This document shows positions 43,807-51,423 of a DNA stretch of 64,000 nucleotides, piece after piece. A program made the position numbers and the translations under genes. The DNA is taken from contig DASYLB010000044.1 of the NCBI GenBank assembly GCA_036009765.1, forward strand, positions 6,989 through 70,988, in the 5' to 3' direction. This DNA is from Pyrinomonadaceae bacterium (GTDB lineage: Bacteria > Acidobacteriota > Blastocatellia > Pyrinomonadales > Pyrinomonadaceae). Each line of letters starts with the position of its first letter. The first letter of the stretch is position 1. The notes under the pieces were generated by a model, which saw only the letters and a program-made list of their open reading frames with translations, did no database searches and was not told the origin of the DNA.

Positions 43807-46323
43807 TTGCTTACCACTCGATTCCGAATCAGTGATTCTCTGAAACATTGCGCCGCGGCTTTGCTGTTGGCGTTAACCTTCTCTAGTTCCACGTTTCAAG
43901 CCCAGACTTCGCGAAGCCTTAAGCCTGCGAATCCTGCCGGGACTTCAGTTTCCCTTCAAAAACTTCAGTCGATCGATAGCCAAGTCGAGGCTGAGATCAA
44001 GCAGAAGCATTTGCCTGGAGCGGTAGTTTTGGTTGCGCGGAATGGTAGCGTTGTCTGGCGCAAGGCTTACGGCGCACGCGCCTTGGAGCCGGCGCGCGAA
44101 GCCATGACCACCGATACAATCTTCGACCTCGCAAGTCTCACTAAGATCGTTGCCACTGCCACCAGCATCATGATTCTGGTTGAGCGCGGCAAAGTCCGGC
44201 TGAGTGATCCGCTTTCGAATTACCTCCCCGAGATTAAGGGCGAGGGCAGGGAACGCATCACGCTCGAACTGCTTTTGACGCATCGCGCTGGTTATGCGCC
44301 GGACTTTGATTTGCGGGATCGCTGGAATGGTTACGACGAAGCGATCAAGAGGCTGATTAAGGAGCCGTTGCGCAACCCACCGGGCGTCAGATTTGTCTAC
44401 AGCGATATTAATTACATCGCGCTCGGCGAAGTGGTTCATCGCGTCAGCGGCCTGCCGCTCGACGAGTTTGCGCGGCAGAATATTTTTCTGCCGCTCGGCA
44501 TGCGCGACACGAGCTTTCGTCCCAGCGCGAACTTGCGTAGTCGTATCGCGCCGACTGAGCAGCGCCGCGGTCAACTGAGTTATCTTGGTGACAAGCCTGA
44601 AGGATCGGAAGCGGATGCTGACAAATGGTTGCGTGGCGAGGTTCACGATCCAACTTCCTATCGCATGGGCGGTGTTGCCGGACACGCGGGGCTATTCTCC
44701 ACGGCCGCCGATCTCGCTATTTACTGTCAGATGATCCTGAACGGGGGACAATACAAAGGCGTGCGCATCATGTCTCCATTGACCGTTGCTGAGATGACTC
44801 GCCCGCGTCTGGTTAACGACAACGGTTGGACGCGCGGACTTGGCTGGGACATCAACAGCAGTTTCTCAGCGAACCGCGGCGATCTTTTTCCGCTCGGCTC
44901 ATTTGGGCATACGGGCTTTACCGGAACGTCTTTCTGGATCGATCCGGCGAGCAAGATGTTCGTAGTCTTCCTGAGTAATCGCGTTCATCCGGATGGGAAA
45001 GGCGACGTTGCTTCGTTACGTGGCCGCGTGGCGTCGATTGCCGCCGGCGCCGTGACTGATCCGGCGCTGGTGACGCGGGCGGCGCGCAAGGAGTTGTCCC
45101 AGTTTTACGCAAGTGCGACTAGTGAGTTTGCTCGCTTCAGCGCTGCACGCGAGCAGGCGCTGGCAAGCGCTGCCGGCGTTAACTCGCCGGCGACGAAGGT
45201 GCTGACGGGAATTGACGTGCTGGCGCGGGACAACTTCAAGCAGCTCGCGGGCATGCGCATCGGATTGATAACGAATCAAACCGGTCGCGATCGCGATGGA
45301 CGGTCGACGATTGATGTCCTTTTCAAGGCGCCAGGCGTAAAGCTGGTGGCGCTCTTTTCTCCGGAGCATGGAATCCGCGGGGTTGCGGATGAGAAAGTTT
45401 CAGATTCAAAAGACGAACAGACCGGGCTGCCGATCTATTCACTTTACGGAGAATCAAGAAGACCAAAGCCGGAACAGCTAAAGGGCCTCGACGCGTTGGT
45501 CTTCGACATTCAGGACGTCGGCACACGCTTCTACACTTACATATCGACGCTCGGCTATGTGATGGAAGAAGCGGCAAAACTGAAGCTGCCCGTGGTAGTG
45601 CTTGATCGTCCCAACCCAATCGGCGGCCTTGACGTTGAAGGCCCAATCGCCGACGCCGATAAACTTTCGTTCGTTTCATATCACCGGATTCCGGTGCGGC
45701 ACGGCATGACAATCGGCGAACTGGCCCAACTCTTCAATGAACAAAGCAAGCTCGGCTGTGATTTAAGGGTGATTGAAATGGCAGGCTGGCGTCGCTCGAT
45801 GTGGCTGGACGAAACCAACCTGCTCTGGGTGAATCCGTCACCAAACATGCGTAGCCTGAATGAAGCAACGTTGTATCCCGGCATTGGATTACTTGAGACT
45901 ACCAACGTTTCAGTCGGGCGCGGCACGGATACTCCTTTTGAAGTAGTGGGCGCGCCGTGGATTGATGGCCGGCAACTCGCCGCGTATCTAAACAACCAAA
46001 AAATTCCGGGCGTGCGTTTTGTCCCCGTTCGCTTTACTCCGGCGGCTTCCGTATTCAAAGGCGAAGAGTGTGGTGGCGTCAACATCATCGTCAGCGATCG
46101 CGAAAGACTTCGGCCGGTGACAAACGGTTTGGAGGTTGCCGTCGCGCTGCATAAACTTTACCCGTCAGACTGGAAGATTGATAGTTATGTTCGCTTGCTG
46201 GCTAACACCGACACACTCGAGCGATTGAAACGCGGAGATTCCGCCGGCGACATTGTGCGTTCGTGGTCGGACGCTTTAGCGGAATTTCGCAAGGCGCGCG
46301 CGCGCGTGTTGATTTACGAGTAA
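43807..46323 (+). CDS. Fusion protein: beta-lactamase-fold serine hydrolase (PF00144-type, AmiE/PBP4*-like) + DUF1343 (NamZ exo-beta-N-acetylmuramidase family)
   Basis: N-half: SLTK (ASLTKIVA), YSDINY and HTGFTGTS. C-half: TGIDVLARDNFKQLAGMRIGLITNQTG...LFSPEHGIRG...RFYTYISTL is the DUF1343 pattern. TTG start at 43807 followed by a signal-like segment. Confidence 0.85.
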   Translation: MLTTRFRISDSLKHCAAALLLALTFSSSTFQAQTSRSLKPANPAGTSVSLQKLQSIDSQVEAEIKQKHLPGAVVLVARNGSVVWRKAYGARALEPAREAMTTDTIFDLASLTKIVATATSIMILVERGKVRLSDPLSNYLPEIKGEGRERITLELLLTHRAGYAPDFDLRDRWNGYDEAIKRLIKEPLRNPPGVRFVYSDINYIALGEVVHRVSGLPLDEFARQNIFLPLGMRDTSFRPSANLRSRIAPTEQRRGQLSYLGDKPEGSEADADKWLRGEVHDPTSYRMGGVAGHAGLFSTAADLAIYCQMILNGGQYKGVRIMSPLTVAEMTRPRLVNDNGWTRGLGWDINSSFSANRGDLFPLGSFGHTGFTGTSFWIDPASKMFVVFLSNRVHPDGKGDVASLRGRVASIAAGAVTDPALVTRAARKELSQFYASATSEFARFSAAREQALASAAGVNSPATKVLTGIDVLARDNFKQLAGMRIGLITNQTGRDRDGRSTIDVLFKAPGVKLVALFSPEHGIRGVADEKVSDSKDEQTGLPIYSLYGESRRPKPEQLKGLDALVFDIQDVGTRFYTYISTLGYVMEEAAKLKLPVVVLDRPNPIGGLDVEGPIADADKLSFVSYHRIPVRHGMTIGELAQLFNEQSKLGCDLRVIEMAGWRRSMWLDETNLLWVNPSPNMRSLNEATLYPGIGLLETTNVSVGRGTDTPFEVVGAPWIDGRQLAAYLNNQKIPGVRFVPVRFTPAASVFKGEECGGVNIIVSDRERLRPVTNGLEVAVALHKLYPSDWKIDSYVRLLANTDTLERLKRGDSAGDIVRSWSDALAEFRKARARVLIYE

Positions 46324-46353
46324 AAGATCGCTGCTCGAGAGTTACGCGTCAGT

Positions 46354-46467
46354 GACATGAGGTCAGTACCACCAGGCGGTAGCCGGTGGGTCGTTTTGAG
46401 ATCATCCGCTGAAGATCAAAAGGGGTTCCGAACCCAGCGGCTACCGCCTGGTGGTACTGACCTCATC
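46354..46467. repeat. Repeat family C, complete short copy
   Basis: GACATGAGGTCAGTACCACCAGGCGGTAGCCGGTGGGTC ... ACCCAGCGGCTACCGCCTGGTGGTACTGACCTCATC. Confidence 0.8.
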
Positions 46468-46538
46468 TCACAGTCGGGCAGAGATTGAACGGTTCGGTCG
46501 AATTCAAACTGCATCAGTGCCCAAGAACAGTCTAAGGG

Positions 46539-46566
46539 TTGAACTCTGAACTGCTTGAGCTATAAT
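46539..46566 (+). promoter_or_regulatory. Sigma70-like promoter candidate for the CADD-like gene
   Basis: TTGAAC (46539-46544), 16-nt spacer, TATAAT (46561-46566). GGAGGA RBS at 46602. Confidence 0.45.
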
Positions 46567-46612
46567 CACGCTTTCCAAAAGCTATTGTTCTTACATACAA
46601 CGGAGGAGACTA

Positions 46613-47329
46613 ATGACCAACGCGACGAACAATTCTGTTAGTTCTCAGTTTGAAAACAACCTACGTGACGCGGTGATGGAATACTCGATGCTCAAACATC
46701 CGTTTTATGTCGCGTGGACCGAGGGCAAGCTGAGCCAGGCAGTGCTCCGGGAGTATGCCAAACAGTACTACGCGCATGTTCGCGCATTTCCGACTTATGT
46801 TAGCGGCGTTCATTCGCGTTGCGAGGACCTCTCCATTCGTCAGGAATTGCTGGAGAACTTAATCGAGGAAGAGCGCGGTGATGAGAACCATCCGGAGCTG
46901 TGGCTTCGTTTTGCAGCGGCGCTGGGCGTAACGCGCGCAGATGCTACAACGGCTGAGTTGCTGCCTGCCACCAGGGATTCTGTACAGCGCTTGCGAGCGC
47001 TGACTCAAAGTGAAGACTATCGCGAGGGTTTGGCGGCGCTGTTAGCTTACGAATCACAAATCCCCGAAGTCGCGCAAACCAAGCGCGAGGGTTTGAAAAA
47101 GTTCTACGGAATTGATGACGAAAGCGCAGTGTCTTTCTTCCGCGTCCACGAGAGCATCGATCAACTTCATCAACAGGTTGAAATGCAAATACTGGAAAGG
47201 CAGTGTCAGAGTTCATCGGCTCAGGATCGAGCGATCGCGGCGGCGCGCGAAGCAGCCCGAGCGCTTTGGAACTTCCTTGATGGAGTAAGCATCTACCTGC
47301 CGGAGAACTCAACTCCCGCGAGCGTTTAG
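46613..47329 (+). CDS. CADD/PqqC-like haem-oxygenase-fold di-metal protein (CADD family, putative folate/pABA metabolism)
   Basis: HPFYVAWTEGKLSQAVLREYAKQYYAHVRAFPTYV ... LIEEERGDENHPELWLRFAAALGV strongly resembles the CADD/TenA-PqqC-like family. Confidence 0.75.
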   Translation: MTNATNNSVSSQFENNLRDAVMEYSMLKHPFYVAWTEGKLSQAVLREYAKQYYAHVRAFPTYVSGVHSRCEDLSIRQELLENLIEEERGDENHPELWLRFAAALGVTRADATTAELLPATRDSVQRLRALTQSEDYREGLAALLAYESQIPEVAQTKREGLKKFYGIDDESAVSFFRVHESIDQLHQQVEMQILERQCQSSSAQDRAIAAAREAARALWNFLDGVSIYLPENSTPASV

Positions 47330-47350
47330 ATTTTAACCGCGGACGTTTGC

Positions 47351-47416
47351 TATTAGTTCGTCTTATCTCGTCAATAAGAATCTTTAGTTTTGCTTATTTG
47401 CCGAACGGCGTATAAT
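47351..47416 (+). promoter_or_regulatory. Conserved promoter module upstream of TonB-dependent receptor 1
   Basis: CAATAAGAATCTTTAGTTTTGCTTATTTGCCGAACGGCGTATAAT ends in a perfect -10 (47411-47416). 40 of 45 nt are identical to 51022-51066. Confidence 0.5.
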
Positions 47417-47600
47417 GTCGCCGTTTCAGCGATCTTCAAGGCGTTCAGCTTCCTTCGGACGCCCATCAGAACACACAGGGTAATCAACGGCCGCTGGTCG
47501 ATCGATGCGATTGAACCTTTCCGAAGGTCCAAGTTTCGAACGATCAAGCTTGGTCTTCGTTTAACTAAAATCTGGCTCGCCTTCGAGAAGGAGTCCCCCC

Positions 47601-50600
47601 ATGCATAAGCTCAATTTTCCCAGGACGTTTCTGCTGGCCACAATCGTACTGATTGCTTGCCCATTTGTTTTCGCACAGGAAACAACAGGTAGCATTGAAG
47701 GCATCGTTAAAGATGCCGCAGGTGCGTTAGTGCCGAATGTGACTTTAACGATTACCAACGCGAAGGCCGCCGCAAGCGGTACTACCACAACTGGTATCGG
47801 CGCCGGCTTCAAGCGCGCCGTTACGAGTAACGATGAAGGATCATTTCGTGTCCTGCAAGTTCCACCGGGAACCTACGATGTAGTTACGACCGCGTCCGGC
47901 GGCTTTGGCGAAGCACGATACGAGAACGTAACAGTTGCGATCGGCCAGAGTTCGCAGTTGGCGATAACGTTGAACCCCGGCGCCAATGTGACGGTGGTTG
48001 ATATTGTTGCTGCGGACGCGCTGCCGGTCGACACGAGCAACAATGCCATCCAGACAACCATTAGCGCCCAGAAGATTGAGTTGATACCTAAAGGAACTGG
48101 CTTCACGAGTATTCTGAAAACCGTTCCGGGTACGCGTCCCGAGAGCCGTTCCGGTGGATTTTCAGTCGACGGATCATCCGGCGGCGAAAACGTTTTTGTG
48201 ATCGACGGTCAGGAAGTCACCAACTATCGCACCGGCACATTGAACGACACCTACAACATTCCGACCCAGCTCGTTCAGGAAGTACAAATCAAATCCAGCG
48301 GGTTCGAGGCGACGTACGGTGGCGCGACCGGCGGTGTGGTCAGCGTAGTCACCCGCGGTGGTGGCAATGATTTTCACGGCGAGTTTGGCATGCAGTGGGA
48401 AACGCAGAAATTCAACGGTAAGCCCACACCGCTATTGGGACGCTTCACCTCCGGTTCGGTTACGAACAACAATTTCCGACAGACCGCCGAATATCTGACT
48501 CCAAAGAAAGCGGGTGGCACAAACTATTTTCCCACCGCTAATCTCGGCGGCAGGATCATCAAGGATCGCCTCTGGTTCTTTACCAGCTACACGCCACAAA
48601 TATTCGAATCAAACGTCGTGACCGAATATTTCACTGACGTTCCATCGCCGAACCGGACGTTGATTACGGCTGAAAGATATAAACGAACCCGGCGATACGA
48701 GTACGCGTTTGGACGGATTGACGCGAATCCAATCAGCAAATTGCGACTGACGGCTACGGGACTTTGGAACCCGGTTGTTGACGATGGCGCTATTCCTACG
48801 ACCGCATTCAGCAACGTTAGTTCTTCAGCGATTGGTTTGGGGAATGTGCCAACGTCTGATTACAAGGGAAGCATCGGAGTGCTCCGAGGAAACCAATACA
48901 CAAGCCTGCAGGGCGGACGCCAGACGTCGGATCTCATTACGCTGGGCGGAGTTTACACAGCCACGGGCCGGTTGATTTTTGATGGCCGCTATAGCCGTGG
49001 TTTTCTAAATGAGAAAAACGGCAACTATTTTATTCCCACGGCAAGCCCGAGGATCGCTGCCTGCGGTACAGTAAACGTCGCTTTCCCGTGTTCCACCACC
49101 GGCGTAAACACGATTACGGTAAAAGATGTTTCTGTTCGCAGCTCTTACGATTTTTCCGCGGCATACATATTCAACGCCGGCGGACAACACGAATTGAGAG
49201 GCGGCTATCAGCGATTCACCATTCTCAACGATGTGCAGTTAGGTAATAACGCCATCGGCGAATTGCGGTTCAACTATGGAACTCCGATTTCCGGTCTGGT
49301 TCCAGGTGTGACCAATACACCCGGAGCGGTCGGGTCTGCTTCGTTCCGGCGGCAGGGAACCAATGGCAGAGGCTCAAACCTTAGCCAGAGCCTTTTCGTT
49401 CAGGATAAATATCAGCCGACCAGTAGGCTGACTTTGAACCTGGGGATCCGTATTGAGAAGGAAAATCTCCCTTCGTTTAACTCGAACCCCAGCCTGATCA
49501 ATTTTGGCTGGGGCGACAAGATCGCGCCGCGACTCGGATTTGCTTACGACCTTACCGGTCACGGCACCACGAAGATTTTTGCCAGTTATGGCCGCTTCTT
49601 CGACCGGGTTAAATTTGCACTTCCGCGCGGCTTGTTCGGCGGCGACATTTTCCTTGAAGACTATATCGAGTTGTTCCCGGGTGAGACTCCATCGAGTTTC
49701 AACATCGGAAATGTTTTGGGTGGTTTCACCGGCACCAGCACTTGTCCTTCGACCGGTTTCATCGCCCCTGGTGCTCGCAGCCGCTGTCAAAGAAACCTGC
49801 GAGTGAATGCCAACGATCCTAACGCCTCTGCCTTGAACGGCGGCGCTGTAGATCCGGACTTGAGGCCCTTCCAGCAAACGGAGTTTACCGTGGGCGCGGA
49901 AAAGCAGCTGAACCGGAACTACGTTTTCCGTGTTCGCTACACGTACAAGAATGTGGACGAGGCGGTCGAGGATGCAGGCGTTGTCAACCCGCAAAACAGC
50001 GAAGCTTATATCATTGGCAATCCCGGTAGAGGACTTCACCTGGCGACGCTGACGTCCCTTGGTTACTTGAAATCAACTCGGCCCCAGCGTCGTTATGACG
50101 GCCTGGAGTTTGTGCTTGAGCGACGACTGGCGAAGAATTATTACTTCAATGCCAACTACACCTATAGCCGATTGTTCGGTAATTACTCCGGGCTAACCAG
50201 TTCCGACGAGGCGCATCTGGTTGAAGGCCGTCTGGCGCCTGGCGTGAGTCGCGCATTCGACTTGCCGTTCATTGGATTCACAGCAAAGGGAGTGCCTGAC
50301 AATGGTCGACTCCAAACAGATCGACCGCACGTTTTCAATATCTTTGGTTCGTATATCTTGCACTGGGCGGGTGAAGGTCGACACTCGACCGAGTTTTCAG
50401 GCTTTCAAACAATCACGTCCGGCACTCCTCAAACCACAACGATCTATGGAGCCTCAACCGTTACGCCGCAGATTTTCCTCGGCCGTGGGGACCTCGGACG
50501 AAGCCCGATCTATTCGCAGACTGATTTCAACGTCACCCATCGCTACAAGTTAGGAAAGGATCAGAAGCTGACAGCAGCGTTCGATCTGAATTTCTTGAAC

Positions 50601-50852
50601 TTGTTCAACCAGGCGACGGTGACGGGTGTTTATACAACCATGAATCCGAGCACGGCGCAGGTTAACGGTCCGGCATTGGGTTTCCCTAACACGACTACCG
50701 GATACGCAAACGGCTACACCGCGGGAACACTGCTGCAGCCAATTCTCGATCGGATTGCTTCGGCGCCGGACAGGAGCGACATCCGTTATAAGATGCCGTT
50801 TTTGTATCAGTCGCCGAGAACGGTGCGATTCGGAGTTAGGTTCCTCTTCTAA
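47601..50852 (+). CDS. Oar-like TonB-dependent receptor with N-terminal CarboxypepD_reg domain
   Basis: Signal peptide. GSIEGIVKDAAGALVPNVTLTITN (carboxypeptidase-regulatory-like). Plug-like region (GGENVFVIDGQEV). Long beta-barrel ending RTVRFGVRFLF. GAAGGAG RBS. Confidence 0.85.
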   Translation: MHKLNFPRTFLLATIVLIACPFVFAQETTGSIEGIVKDAAGALVPNVTLTITNAKAAASGTTTTGIGAGFKRAVTSNDEGSFRVLQVPPGTYDVVTTASGGFGEARYENVTVAIGQSSQLAITLNPGANVTVVDIVAADALPVDTSNNAIQTTISAQKIELIPKGTGFTSILKTVPGTRPESRSGGFSVDGSSGGENVFVIDGQEVTNYRTGTLNDTYNIPTQLVQEVQIKSSGFEATYGGATGGVVSVVTRGGGNDFHGEFGMQWETQKFNGKPTPLLGRFTSGSVTNNNFRQTAEYLTPKKAGGTNYFPTANLGGRIIKDRLWFFTSYTPQIFESNVVTEYFTDVPSPNRTLITAERYKRTRRYEYAFGRIDANPISKLRLTATGLWNPVVDDGAIPTTAFSNVSSSAIGLGNVPTSDYKGSIGVLRGNQYTSLQGGRQTSDLITLGGVYTATGRLIFDGRYSRGFLNEKNGNYFIPTASPRIAACGTVNVAFPCSTTGVNTITVKDVSVRSSYDFSAAYIFNAGGQHELRGGYQRFTILNDVQLGNNAIGELRFNYGTPISGLVPGVTNTPGAVGSASFRRQGTNGRGSNLSQSLFVQDKYQPTSRLTLNLGIRIEKENLPSFNSNPSLINFGWGDKIAPRLGFAYDLTGHGTTKIFASYGRFFDRVKFALPRGLFGGDIFLEDYIELFPGETPSSFNIGNVLGGFTGTSTCPSTGFIAPGARSRCQRNLRVNANDPNASALNGGAVDPDLRPFQQTEFTVGAEKQLNRNYVFRVRYTYKNVDEAVEDAGVVNPQNSEAYIIGNPGRGLHLATLTSLGYLKSTRPQRRYDGLEFVLERRLAKNYYFNANYTYSRLFGNYSGLTSSDEAHLVEGRLAPGVSRAFDLPFIGFTAKGVPDNGRLQTDRPHVFNIFGSYILHWAGEGRHSTEFSGFQTITSGTPQTTTIYGASTVTPQIFLGRGDLGRSPIYSQTDFNVTHRYKLGKDQKLTAAFDLNFLNLFNQATVTGVYTTMNPSTAQVNGPALGFPNTTTGYANGYTAGTLLQPILDRIASAPDRSDIRYKMPFLYQSPRTVRFGVRFLF

Positions 50853-50883
50853 CTAACTGAACTGTGTCGGTGGTGTTAAGCAC

Positions 50884-50935
50884 AAGGTCGATCGCAACTG
50901 CATCAGCGGCTGCGATCGACCTTCTGCGATTTTCG
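50884..50935 (+). terminator. Intrinsic terminator candidate
   Basis: 13-bp stem AAGGTCGATCGCA / TGCGATCGACCTT followed by CTGCGATTTTCG. Confidence 0.5.
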
Positions 50936-51001
50936 ATTGCTGAACGAAAGTTGATTGATAGCCGCGACCCGTTTTAGCAGCTTAAAGGTCTGACCTTTGT
51001 C

Positions 51002-51066
51002 ATTAGCAGTTTTTATCCCAACAATAAGAATCTTTAGTTTTCCTTGTTGGCCGAACTACGTATAAT
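51002..51066 (+). promoter_or_regulatory. Conserved promoter module upstream of TonB-dependent receptor 2
   Basis: CAATAAGAATCTTTAGTTTTCCTTGTTGGCCGAACTACGTATAAT with TATAAT at 51061-51066. Paralogous to 47372-47416. Confidence 0.5.
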
Positions 51067-51423
51067 AGGCGCGTTATCAGCAGACTGCGGGCGCCCCGTT
51101 TCCTGTCGGCGCCAATCTTAAACAACTCGAGGTTGCGAGGGACGTTTGGCCCTTTCGTTCCGCTCAGCGAGTCGCGTCGATCTTTGTCGCACAAACAGCA
51201 GCCTCGATTGAAGTCGATCAAAGGTCGGTACGGTTACTTCAGTTGACCACGAAGTCTCGCTTGCAAGGCATGTGACAAGTGGGCTGAAATCCGAAATCTT
51301 GCACTGCAGATTGGCAAGAAAATTTCTTGTTTCCCGCGTGGGCGCGGGTGTATAAGTTGTTTCTCCAACTGGCATCAAACACTTCAGCTTCCAGCATCGA
51401 CAAAAACGAAAGAGGACTATCCC

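Noticed and set aside
19632-50039. Large antisense ORFs inside strong genes (19632..20330, 20924..21691, 31132..31998, 38871..39455, 43945..44685, 49374..50039)
   Set aside because: They overlap genes with clear family motifs on the other strand. They have Arg/Ser/Val-rich shadow-frame composition, typical of GC-rich genomes.
51003-51378. Minus-strand ORFs (72 and 86 aa) inside the long leader of the second receptor gene
   Set aside because: They have no RBS, no recognisable family and overlapping frames. The region is better explained as a 5' leader. I cannot fully exclude a small gene.
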